Origin: an uncultured Clostridia bacterium
GTDB lineage: Bacteria; Bacillota; Clostridia; Christensenellales; CAG-314
NCBI GenBank assembly: GCA_947601445.1
Contig: CANQGD010000001.1
Span: forward strand, 130,417 to 194,416
Reading direction: 5' to 3'
DNA: 64,000 nucleotides
Numbering within the stretch: position 1 is the stretch's first letter; the number at the start of each line of letters is the position of its first letter. The notes beneath the pieces are model-generated. The model worked only from the letters and a program-made list of their open reading frames with translations, made no database searches and was not told the DNA's origin. Positions 9,271 through 17,587 of the stretch are shown here, piece by piece. Both the position numbers and the translations under genes were made by a program.

Positions 9271-9334
9271 TAAGCACTTCAACGGTTTATCAACTACAAA
9301 AAAGAGTAATTTGCGATGAAATAATAAATTATTT

Positions 9335-9811
9335 TCAATTTGATAAATTTGAAGATTCTATTATTTTTTTGTAACGATCCACTTCCCCTCGTGCAAGTTC
9401 GTCACATCTTTCATTAAGTTCAACATCCGCGTGACCTTTTACTTTAACAAATTGTACTTTGTGTTTGTTCACTTCGTAAAGTAAAGCTTTCCACAAATCT
9501 TGGTTTTTGACTTCGGATTTACCTGCGGTTTTCCAACCGGATTTTTGCCAAGCGTCAACCCATCCCTTGTTAAAGGCGTCTGCAATATATTGCGAATCTG
9601 TACAAATATCCACATCACAGCGTTGATTCAAACAGCGCAATCCCTGTATAACGGCAAAAAGTTCCATTCGGTTGTTTGTCGTGCTTTTATCATAACCGGC
9701 TGTTTCTTTTTTTATTCCGTTATAAATCAGTACTGCCGCCCATCCGCCAATTCCGGGATTTCCCGAGCAGGCGCCATCAGTGTAAATAGTGACTTTCTTC
9801 ATAATTTCCAA
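9335..9811 (-). CDS. rnhA: Ribonuclease HI
   Basis: 158 aa. IYTDGACSGNPGIGGWA, NNRMEL, TDSQYI, KGHADVELNERCDELA match the RNase H type 1 catalytic DEDD pattern. Confidence 0.9.
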   Translation of the reverse strand: MEIMKKVTIYTDGACSGNPGIGGWAAVLIYNGIKKETAGYDKSTTNNRMELFAVIQGLRCLNQRCDVDICTDSQYIADAFNKGWVDAWQKSGWKTAGKSEVKNQDLWKALLYEVNKHKVQFVKVKGHADVELNERCDELARGEVDRYKKIIESSNLSN

Positions 9812-9903
9812 ACATTTTTTATCGTTTCAATTGACATTAAACGTCCTTTACATTATAATAGAAAAGTACTTAAAGTTGCAATCTTTTTGCAGCAAAATAT
9901 TTT

Positions 9904-9978
9904 AGGGGAGTGGCTCAACGGTAGAGCAGCGGTCTCCAAAACCGCCGGTTGCGTGTTCGAATCGCGTCTCCCCTGCCA
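9904..9978 (+). tRNA. tRNA-Trp (anticodon CCA)
   Basis: Cloverleaf by eye. Acceptor AGGGGAG/CTCCCCT, D-arm GCTC-AACGGTA-GAGC, anticodon stem GCGGT/ACCGC with loop CTCCAAA, TTCGAAT T-loop, encoded 3' CCA. Confidence 0.9.
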
Positions 9979-10010
9979 AGCGCATCTACAACAAGGTGCG
10001 CTTTTGTTTA
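9979..10010 (+). terminator. Terminator after tRNA-Trp
   Basis: AGCGCA(TC)...(GG)TGCGCT hairpin followed by TTTTGTTT. Confidence 0.5.
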
Positions 10011-10043
10011 CCTAAAAAGTGGTAGTCGTGTGTGTCTCGGTAA

Positions 10044-10071
10044 ATCAAAGGAGTTGCCAAGCGACAACTCC
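10044..10071 (-). terminator. Terminator after the PadR-family gene
   Basis: GGAGTTG / CAACTCC stem. On the minus strand it is followed by UUUGAUUU. Confidence 0.45.
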
Positions 10072-10096
10072 TTCTTATCTTTTGTAAAAATGATTA

Positions 10097-11416
10097 TCAA
10101 TATTGTTTGTAAAGGACTTCGTAAATTCCGACGAAAATCGGTATAAGTATTGCATAGCCCATCGGAATCATGATGCTTTTTGATGTCTGTTCAAAATTGC
10201 TGAATTCCACATTGCTCAAAGCGCTTATTCCAACCGAAGCAAGTACGATAATAACGCAAACCACCGAGGCAATTATCATAGCAATCTTAAAGTTGAATGC
10301 AACTTTATTTTTACGCGTCGGGTCAACAATTGCATAAATTGTAAAGCCGACGGGTACAAGCATAAGTACGGCAAGCGCAATAACAAACGGTTGCCAATTG
10401 CCTATTGAAATGGAGCAGAGTGCAAACACGCCGAAATATATCAACGCAACAAGATATGTAAGCCAGGATGTTTGACACAATACCTTTGCTTTGGGTATCA
10501 ACATCTTGGATTTGTAAGTAGCGGTGGCATGGTTGTATATGCGCAAACGGATACCTTCTTTTGCAAGAATATCGGCAACGTCTTCCAATGCCGCATGACG
10601 ATCTTCATAATAAGTTGCAGTTGTCGCGGCTGTCGGAATTTGGTTGATTTCGTCCAACTGATCACCGATGATATTGTTTAGAACATGTTGATAGTTTTCT
10701 CCCTCGTTGCTCGGCTGACGTTCGGATACTTCCCTCGCACGTTCTTCAAATGCCTGCATAAATTCTTCCGCGTTATCTTGATTGACCTCGAAACGAGATT
10801 TATTATCTTGTTGCTCGTCAGGCTGCGGTTCGGGTTCCGGCTCGGATTCAGGCTCTTTTTCAATCGGAACATAAACGATTTTTTCGATAACGGTAGGTTT
10901 CGTTTCTTCCTCGACAGTTTCCTCTTTTGATTCAACGGTTTCATCGTTACCCGATAGCTCGCGCAAGCGTCTGGCAATTTCATCCTGTTGATTTAATTCT
11001 TCCTGAAATTCATTGTGTTTGTTTTTGCGAGGACTTCTTCTGCCGAATAACGGTGTGGCGTCTTCCTGCGAAATTTCCACGCCGTTTGCAGTACCGTCAA
11101 CAAGATCGCTCAAAACAGCGCGATGATATTGCCATTCCGAAATAAATTGCTCGCAGTTGGCTTTGCCCGTTTTCGTCAACGCGTAGTAACGGCGGCGTCC
11201 GCCATTGGAGTTTTCTCCCCAATATGATACGATCAAATCGTCCTCTTCGAGTCTTTTCAGATAAGAATAGAGGGTGGGCTGTTTAATTTCGTAACGGTTA
11301 TTTGTTCTTTCTTTTATTTCTTTTGCAATTTCGTAACCGTATTTGTTTCCGTTATATAGCGAACACAAAATAATTGTTTCGATATTGCCTTTCAAAAAGG
11401 TAAAATCCCCACTCAT
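10097..11416 (-). CDS. PadR-family transcriptional regulator fused to an acidic linker and a C-terminal 4-TM membrane domain
   Basis: N-terminus LKGNIETIILCSLYNGNKYGYEIAKEI...KQPTLYSYLKRLEEDDLIVSYW...GGRRRYYALTKTGK is a PadR winged helix. The mid region is rich in E/P/Q (EPESEPEPEPQPDEQQ). The last ~130 aa form four hydrophobic helices. Confidence 0.8.
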   Translation of the reverse strand: MSGDFTFLKGNIETIILCSLYNGNKYGYEIAKEIKERTNNRYEIKQPTLYSYLKRLEEDDLIVSYWGENSNGGRRRYYALTKTGKANCEQFISEWQYHRAVLSDLVDGTANGVEISQEDATPLFGRRSPRKNKHNEFQEELNQQDEIARRLRELSGNDETVESKEETVEEETKPTVIEKIVYVPIEKEPESEPEPEPQPDEQQDNKSRFEVNQDNAEEFMQAFEERAREVSERQPSNEGENYQHVLNNIIGDQLDEINQIPTAATTATYYEDRHAALEDVADILAKEGIRLRIYNHATATYKSKMLIPKAKVLCQTSWLTYLVALIYFGVFALCSISIGNWQPFVIALAVLMLVPVGFTIYAIVDPTRKNKVAFNFKIAMIIASVVCVIIVLASVGISALSNVEFSNFEQTSKSIMIPMGYAILIPIFVGIYEVLYKQY

Positions 11417-11592
11417 AACAGACCTCCTGTACTTATTTTAGAATATATGTCTAAATATGTCAATAACTTAGACTACTATTTGTGACATAGTTGCTTTTAT
11501 GCAATATCAAATATATTTCTTTTGACATTTGTTGCAAAAAAAACATAAAAAAAATCAAAAAAAGTATTGTCATCCATTGTACATTTGTGCGT

Positions 11593-12330
11593 ATGAGAGT
11601 GGAAATAACGGGTACTTTCAAAAAAATAGTTAAAATGCGATTTGAAAACGGTATATTAAAGGTGGTGGCAAATCGATTTCTTTCCGATAAAAAGATAAAA
11701 GAAATTATCGAGGAAAACATCGATTGGATAAACGCACATAAAACCAGCGTCAAAGAGGAGCCGAAGCCGCAAATCGAAAAAGCAAAAAACGACGACAAAG
11801 AACGTTGCTGTCCACAATCAAAGGATTCGCAGGGACAACTTGTACAGGATATGTTTGCAGCTCGACAAACGTTAATTTTGGGTGATCCCGTTAATATAGC
11901 CTCATGCAGTTCGGGATGCAGCTATCTCGACGGAAAAACGCTTTATATTTCCGAAAAATTTTATGCAAATAGAGACAGTCGCCTTAAAGCAGTCAAAAGT
12001 TTTCTAAAAAAACTTGCCGCCTCGGGAGTAGCCGATGAGGTCGCGGATTTTGGAAGCAAAACGGCAATGTGTCCAGTAAAAATCGAATTTCGTGAAAACA
12101 ACGGTTCTTGGGTAAAGTGTTCATTGGCAAATCAGCGTATCCTTTGTTTCGATTTTCGAATTGTGCAGTTGCCGCAGCAACTTCGAAAGTATGTGATAGT
12201 TCACGCTTTTGCCCATTTTTCACATCCGTTGCATGATTGCGGTTTTTGGAAGTTTGTATCGGAATTTTTACCGGATTACCGTATTTTGGCGAGTGAATTG
12301 GACGAATACAAAATTCTAAAAGATATTTGA
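11593..12330 (+). CDS. YgjP/DUF45-like (SprT/M48-like) protein with altered metal-binding motif
   Basis: N-terminus (..ILKVVANRFLSDKKIKEIIEENIDWI) and C-terminus (VIVHAFAHFSHPLHDCGFWKFV) follow the DUF45 pattern. HExxH reads HAFAH. Start chosen at ATG 11593 (ORF track 11491); no clear RBS. Confidence 0.55.
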   Translation: MRVEITGTFKKIVKMRFENGILKVVANRFLSDKKIKEIIEENIDWINAHKTSVKEEPKPQIEKAKNDDKERCCPQSKDSQGQLVQDMFAARQTLILGDPVNIASCSSGCSYLDGKTLYISEKFYANRDSRLKAVKSFLKKLAASGVADEVADFGSKTAMCPVKIEFRENNGSWVKCSLANQRILCFDFRIVQLPQQLRKYVIVHAFAHFSHPLHDCGFWKFVSEFLPDYRILASELDEYKILKDI

Positions 12331-12341
12331 TTAAACAAAAA

Positions 12342-12380
12342 ACCGTAAAACCGATATTCACAGTTTTACGGTGTTTTATT
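12342..12380. terminator. Bidirectional terminator between the convergent DUF45-like gene and lexA
   Basis: ACCGTAAAAC / GTTTTACGGT perfect 10-bp stem, flanked by AAAAAA and GTTTTATT. Confidence 0.6.
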
Positions 12381-12388
12381 GAATTTTA

Positions 12389-12991
12389 TCAAAATTTTTT
12401 TATACAGCCGATAACCTTGCCGATTATTGCGGGGTCTTCGTCCGGAGTGATTACAATATCGTCCAATTCACTGTTTTCGGGGTGCAACACAAGGTTGGGA
12501 GAAGTGGCGCGCAAACGTTTTACGGTAGCTTTATCCTGCCACAGCGCCACGACAATTTCTCCGATTTCAGCGTTATTCTGACTGTGTACAATCACATAGT
12601 CGCCATCGGATATGCCCGCTTCGATCATGCTGTTGCCTTCAACGCGCAACATATACAAATCGTTTTCTCCGAACATATCTTGCGGAACGGGAATTTCGCC
12701 TTCGATGTTCTCTGTTGCAAGCATCCCTTTGCCGGCGCTGACGTTACCAACCAATGGGATATAGTTTGACCGCCCGCGCGTTTGCGTGATAGAAAAAGCG
12801 CGTTTTCTGTTGGCGTCTTGGGTTATCCAACCGCGATTTCGCATTTTTTCCAAATAGTAGTGGACTGTGGAGGTGGATTTTATATTAAATTTCTCGCCTA
12901 TTTCTCTGACAGAAGGCGGAAAACCGTTGTAGTCCACAAAGTCTTTTATATAGTTGTAAATTTCTTCCAAACGAATATCGCCTTTTTTCAT
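12389..12991 (-). CDS. lexA: LexA repressor
   Basis: 200 aa. N-terminal wHTH (GFPPSVREIGEKFNIKSTSTVHYYLEKM), A-G cleavage site (VSAG), S24 peptidase Ser (GNSM) and Lys (VKRL). Confidence 0.93.
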   Translation of the reverse strand: MKKGDIRLEEIYNYIKDFVDYNGFPPSVREIGEKFNIKSTSTVHYYLEKMRNRGWITQDANRKRAFSITQTRGRSNYIPLVGNVSAGKGMLATENIEGEIPVPQDMFGENDLYMLRVEGNSMIEAGISDGDYVIVHSQNNAEIGEIVVALWQDKATVKRLRATSPNLVLHPENSELDDIVITPDEDPAIIGKVIGCIKKF

Positions 12992-13035
12992 AAAAATATT
13001 TTAGCATATTTGCCCAAATAACGCAATAGCAAAAC

Positions 13036-13049
13036 AAAACTTTTGTTCT
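13036..13049 (-). promoter_or_regulatory. Candidate SOS (Cheo-type) box upstream of lexA
   Basis: Minus strand reads AGAACAAAAGTTTT (GAAC-N4-GTTT), about 45 nt upstream of the lexA ATG. This is a partial match to the Firmicutes consensus CGAAC-N4-GTTCG. Confidence 0.4.
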
Positions 13050-13054
13050 ATTTT

Positions 13055-14311
13055 TCAAAATTTGATATATTTGGCAAAAATCGAAATATATTTTTTGGCT
13101 ATTATCACGTTGATGTCGGCGCCGTATTCGTCATATTTTACATTTTTAAGCTGAGCATTGTATTTGTTTAAATCGGAAAGCAATTTAGCGCTTTCGCCCA
13201 GCGCTACATGCAAATTTACAATGGCATATTTTTCCATTACAAATTCCTGTATTTTCATCATCAGCAGATCGATATTTTTACCGGTCAGCGCAGATATAAA
13301 CACGGACGGCGTATTTTCAAATACGACGTCGCCCAATGATTCAGTTTTAATTATTTTGTCGCTTTTGTTGTAAATGCGCACAATTGGTGCCGTCGCATTT
13401 AATTGTGCAAGGGTATTCTCGGTAACGTCGATATGTTTTGCCACATTTTCGTCGGATACATCGCACACATTCAAAATCAAGTCGGCGTTTCGTGCTTCTT
13501 CCAATGTGGATTTGAAAGCGTTTAAGAGCGAATGAGGCAAATCCTTAATAAATCCTACGGTATCGCATAACAAAATTTCCACTCCGTTCGGTGTTTTCAG
13601 ACGTCTGACGGTGGTGTCCAACGTGGCAAACAGTTTGTTGTCGGCATACACATCCGATTGCGTGAGTCTGTTAAACAACGTGGATTTGCCCGCATTGGTA
13701 TATCCGACAAGCGCAACCGTAAACAACCCGTTTTCTTCGCGTTGCTTGCGGGTTATCATACGATGTTTTTCTATTTCTTTCAGTTCTGTTCTAAGCCGAT
13801 ATATCCGTTCGCGCGCGGTGCGTTTGTTTGTTTCCAACTGAGTTTCACCCGGACCGCGAGTTCCTATTCCCGCGCCTTGACGCGAAAATCCCTTTTCCGG
13901 CTTGGTAGCCAAATTGTAGTTAAGCTGCGCCAACTCAACCTGTTTTTTCCCTTCTGCGGAAGTGGCGCGCAACGCAAATATATCCAAAATCAAATCGATC
14001 TTGTCAATTACATCGCAATCCAATTCTTTCGCGAGAGTTACGCGCTGAGTTGCGTTTAGCGGACAGGAAAAAATTACGACGTCGATATTGCAGTCGATTG
14101 TTTCAAGTGAATGTTTCAGTTCTTGAAGTTTGCCTTTACCGATAACGGTGTCCGGCTCTGCCGAATTTCGTTTTTGCGAGCATTGCAACTTTATTTCACC
14201 TTTTGCCGTGCGTATCAATTCGGTCAATTCATACAAATCTTGCTCAATGTCGCTATTCGGAAGTTCCAAATAGACCAATGCAACGTTTTCGATATTTATA
14301 TTCATAATCAA
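13055..14311 (-). CDS. hflX: GTPase HflX
   Basis: 418 aa. HflX N-domain (GTRGPGETQLETNKR), G1 GYTNAGKST, G2/G3 ATLDTT/DTVGF, NKSD. Confidence 0.9.
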   Translation of the reverse strand: MIMNINIENVALVYLELPNSDIEQDLYELTELIRTAKGEIKLQCSQKRNSAEPDTVIGKGKLQELKHSLETIDCNIDVVIFSCPLNATQRVTLAKELDCDVIDKIDLILDIFALRATSAEGKKQVELAQLNYNLATKPEKGFSRQGAGIGTRGPGETQLETNKRTARERIYRLRTELKEIEKHRMITRKQREENGLFTVALVGYTNAGKSTLFNRLTQSDVYADNKLFATLDTTVRRLKTPNGVEILLCDTVGFIKDLPHSLLNAFKSTLEEARNADLILNVCDVSDENVAKHIDVTENTLAQLNATAPIVRIYNKSDKIIKTESLGDVVFENTPSVFISALTGKNIDLLMMKIQEFVMEKYAIVNLHVALGESAKLLSDLNKYNAQLKNVKYDEYGADINVIIAKKYISIFAKYIKF

Positions 14312-15372
14312 TCTTTTTTATCTGTCGGCGCTCCCCTCAAACTTACTTTGGTGGAGGCGTTGCGGCGAATATCTTCCGTTATTGCCGCATAATGGCGTTT
14401 GGTTGTATTTACGTCCTTGTGCCCCAAAACATCCGCCACAACATATATATCCCCCGTATTTCGATAAAGTTGCGTGCCGAAAGTGGAGCGGAGTTTGTGT
14501 GGGGTTATATGTTTCAGCGGTGTGGCTACCAAGCTGTATTTTTTTACGATGTTTTCCACGGCGCGCGTGGTTATGCGTCGTTTTTGCAAGGATAAAAACA
14601 ATGCAGGTTCGTTTTTTACGGTTGAATCCGCCGCACGCATAGAGTAGTAGTCGTAGAGATAGCCGGCGATTTCTTCTGAAAAATAAAGTATCACGCGAGC
14701 GCCGCCTTTACGCGTTACAACAAAGCTCAAATCATCGAAATTTACGTCATCCATATCTATTCCAACCAATTCGCTGACACGTATTCCCGTTCCCAACAGC
14801 AGGCTGACTATGGCAAGATCGCGCACGCGCGTGTTTTCCTGATACCTTTGTTGCCTCTCGGTCAGTCCCATGCCGGTATCCACAACATCCATCATCGTTT
14901 CTATTTCTTCTCCATCCAAACGAATTATTTCTTTTTCATGCAATTTGGGAGTATCTACGGAAGCGGTGGGATTGTATCGAATAAGTTGTTTCTTTTCGAA
15001 ATATTTTACCATAGAGCGTATTGCGGCAAGTTTGCGACTTTTTCCTCTGGCTCCGTTTTTTACAATGGTGCCGTTTTTGCGATATATTTCCACATAACTC
15101 AAATACGCCTCGATTTCGAAAGGCGAAAGGGACTCAATATCCGCTGGAGTAATATCTTTGGTAGATTTATCTTTGAAACGCGAGATTTTCGACGCAAGAT
15201 AATTGAAAAAGGTACGTATATCGTATGCGTAATTCAATCGTGTGAGCGGAGTGGTATCAGAGGAGATTCCGACAAAATATTCTCGGCAAAAATCGGGTAA
15301 ATCTTCATCCAATATTTTGTTCAATTTTTCCATGTTTTCCGCATCTCTGTTGTTGAAATATGTTTTGCTCAT
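14308..15372 (-). CDS. Tyrosine recombinase, XerC/XerD family
   Basis: Catalytic residues GTGIRVSEL (R), HKLRSTFGT (HxxR), LGHKDVNTTKRHYA (H..Y), plus an N-terminal SAM-like core-binding domain. Start set at ATG 15372 (GAGGA RBS) rather than the ORF-track 15612. Stop overlaps the hflX start (ATGA). Confidence 0.85.
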   Translation of the reverse strand: MSKTYFNNRDAENMEKLNKILDEDLPDFCREYFVGISSDTTPLTRLNYAYDIRTFFNYLASKISRFKDKSTKDITPADIESLSPFEIEAYLSYVEIYRKNGTIVKNGARGKSRKLAAIRSMVKYFEKKQLIRYNPTASVDTPKLHEKEIIRLDGEEIETMMDVVDTGMGLTERQQRYQENTRVRDLAIVSLLLGTGIRVSELVGIDMDDVNFDDLSFVVTRKGGARVILYFSEEIAGYLYDYYSMRAADSTVKNEPALFLSLQKRRITTRAVENIVKKYSLVATPLKHITPHKLRSTFGTQLYRNTGDIYVVADVLGHKDVNTTKRHYAAITEDIRRNASTKVSLRGAPTDKKD

Positions 15373-15770
15373 TATTATCCTCGCAAAATTCAAAATACAT
15401 TTTTGACAAATTTGATAGTGCAGCGTTTGTTTACATTTTATATTAGTGTAAAATCTTTGCTTATTTGCCGGGGCAAATCCGATGTTACATCGGTATGTCT
15501 TAATTATACAAACGTTTAAATCAATTCCATTATACCCCAAATGTATTCGTAAAGCAAATATTTTACGAATAATATTGTCGTCAAAATATAAAATATTGCA
15601 CAAGCGGTGCAATAATTGCTTTCGGATTGACTACGGTATTATTGCGCGGGAAAAATCTTATTGTCGTTCGATCAAAAATAAATATTCCCTCATAAACATT
15701 TATTTTCTGCATAAATTTTATTGAATTATTCTGCAAAACAGTATTTTAGAGAATACTATTTTTGACATAA

Positions 15771-15863
15771 CAGTATAAAACGACAAAGTTCAACATAAAA
15801 CGGTGTGCATTAAAAAGTTTCAAAAAGGTTTACAATATAAATATTTTATGTTATCATACATAA
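15771..15863 (+). pseudogene. Second start-less remnant of the Hint C-terminal junction
   Basis: Frame between TAA 15768-15770 and TAA 15861-15863 ends ...SFKKVYNINILCYHT*. Nucleotides 15828-15860 are near-identical to 4703-4735 (GTTTACAAT..AAT.TT.TATGTTATCATAC). Confidence 0.5.
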
Positions 15864-15973
15864 GTAATGGAGCCACTCCGCGCTTGTCATCTGAATTAAA
15901 TCTGCGGAAAAAAAAATTCAACCAACTCAACATTCTGTAAATAAAACTATTACAATCACTACGTGAGAGATAT

Positions 15974-16357
15974 ATGATAGAGTTTAATGGCACATTGTCG
16001 TCCAAGTGCGTTCATTTTTATATTAAAAAGGATATTTTAAAATCCTTAATTATATTCTCATTGCCGACATTGCCATTTATAATTTCTATGATAGTTTTGT
16101 CTATTTTAAGGGCAGAGTTGTTTTGGGGTGTATTTGCAGGCTTAATTCTTGTTATAGCCGTGAGTATGGCGATTATTGAGGGTACAATATTTCTGAAAAA
16201 GAAATTACCTACTCAGATAACAATTGTCGACGGAAGAATTGACAAGGTAAGTATATTGGAGCCCAAAAACAATCCAATCAGTGAGATTGAAACAGTGGTT
16301 GACTACGGTGAGTGGTATCAAATCCATTTCAATATCGGATTAGAAATAATTATGTAA
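15974..16357 (+). CDS. Hypothetical 2-TM membrane protein, probably 3'-truncated by a frameshift
   Basis: 127 aa ORF with two hydrophobic helices. An alternative frame reads on as ..YVICQKDLIAKGTLEEFEKLLGDKIVCSKK* to 16443, suggesting a disrupted longer gene. Confidence 0.4.
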   Translation: MIEFNGTLSSKCVHFYIKKDILKSLIIFSLPTLPFIISMIVLSILRAELFWGVFAGLILVIAVSMAIIEGTIFLKKKLPTQITIVDGRIDKVSILEPKNNPISEIETVVDYGEWYQIHFNIGLEIIM

Positions 16358-16511
16358 TTTGTCAAAAAGATCTTATTGCGAAAGGAACTCTTGAAGAATT
16401 TGAAAAGCTGCTTGGAGACAAAATAGTCTGTTCAAAAAAATAACAATTATATGATTTTTTACACATTGACGAAAGAATAATAGTGTGGCAAATCAGTTTA
16501 TGTGAGAAAAT

Positions 16512-17194
16512 ATGAAATTTTATCGAATTGATGATTCGCATATGTTTTATAATCGTAAGTATGCATATCTTAGTGTAAATTCAACAAACAAAATACCAAA
16601 TGAATATCAAGGCCCTACGGAAGAATATCTTACATTTAGGTGTCCCTATTGTGGCTACGAGAGATATAATATATTTTATCCGGAAAAGTTTATTGCTGTA
16701 TTTAATAAAGACAGTGTGGGAGATATTTCTGTTGGTGTTGTAAACTTCCAACTCGCCCGTATCTGAAAAATTTTTGAAAATGATTGAAAAATATCAATTT
16801 AAAGGTATTGAAGAAATTAGATAGTATAAATACATGGAAACCACGCGACATAAATGTTGAAGGATCTTACTTTGAAACGCGAGTTCATTTTGAACCTTTG
16901 CGATGGAGACATGTGGATAAAGAGAATGAATGCTTGATAGTAGTACATAATCGAACATGTGGTTGCTCGAAATGTTTAGGAAATAGAGACTTTTTAAAAA
17001 TTCCTAAAGATGCGAAGCTTTACCTCGATGGTTTAAACGAGGTTGAGTATGATATCTTTTCGACGATTGATAATCCCGGACATATTTTTGTGTCGGAAAG
17101 ATTTGCGGAAGCTTGCAAAACGGAAAAAATAACCAATATTCTAGATCGATTGGTCGAGGTGTTCGATTACACGGATTTAATGCAAACAAGTTAA
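16512..17194 (+). pseudogene. Decayed gene for a two-Cys-pair (CPYC..CSKC) protein, split over three frames
   Basis: The frame of 16512 ends at 16766. The next frame reads TSNSPVSEKFLKMIEKYQFKGIEEIR* (16744-16824). The third frame carries the 16784-17194 ORF. Both halves contain a (I/F)VSE(K/R)F motif. Confidence 0.45.
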
Positions 17195-17405
17195 ATAAAT
17201 GGATAGTTCTTTGTATTTTTTTTAAAATAGAGTAAAAGTAGCGTAACTTGTCACAAACAATTGACGGCTCGATGTTTTTGATTTTGCTCAAAATGTTCTT
17301 TGAAGTCGGAACGTCCGAGTATAAATGGGGCAAGCAATTCATTGCTATAAATTGTTAGTTTATTTTTCGTTGGTTTGAAAAAAATTGTCACCCCACACAT
17401 CTATA

Positions 17406-17441
17406 TATCTATTCGCAAAAGGCAACTTTTGCGAATAGATA
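17406..17441. repeat. Perfect 16-bp inverted repeat with GCAA loop
   Basis: TATCTATTCGCAAAAG-GCAA-CTTTTGCGAATAGATA, read directly from the sequence. Confidence 0.8.
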
Positions 17442-17531
17442 GCGGTTAAAACGGGTTTTTTAGAGCAATTAAACGTTTTTTACTAGTTTCAGACTTATCA
17501 AAAATCAGCCTAAATCAAAACAAATTTATAA

Positions 17532-17587
17532 TAGTTACTTGAAAAATAAGTATTATACAATTAGTTACTTGATAAATAGTTATTTGA
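17532..17587 (+). repeat. Three direct copies of TAGTTAYTTGA
   Basis: Copies at 17532-17542, 17562-17572 and 17577-17587 (the third has C to T). Starts are spaced 30 and 15 nt apart. Confidence 0.7.

Noticed and set aside
10780-10880. Nucleotide-level periodicity (GGTTCGGGTTCCGGCTCGGATTCAGGCTC) suggesting a tandem repeat.
   Set aside because: It lies inside the PadR-family gene and simply encodes the EPEPEPEP acidic linker on the minus strand. It is a coding low-complexity tract, not a separate element.
11433-11462. dif-like sequence ACTTATTTTAGAATATATGTCTAAATATGT in the PadR/DUF45 divergent region, not far from the strand switch and the Xer-type recombinase.
   Set aside because: Only the TAGAATATAT core resembles the Bacillus dif site as I remember it. 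The putative XerD arm matches at about 3 of 11 positions. It is more likely promoter or PadR operator DNA.
14308-15372. Tyrosine recombinase as the integrase of a mobile element comprising the adjacent 15.7-17.9 kb islet.
   Set aside because: Its stop overlaps the hflX start (ATGA), so it is translationally coupled to a core operon. It has the XerC/D-like architecture, and I found no attachment-site direct repeats flanking the islet. A link to the islet cannot be fully excluded.
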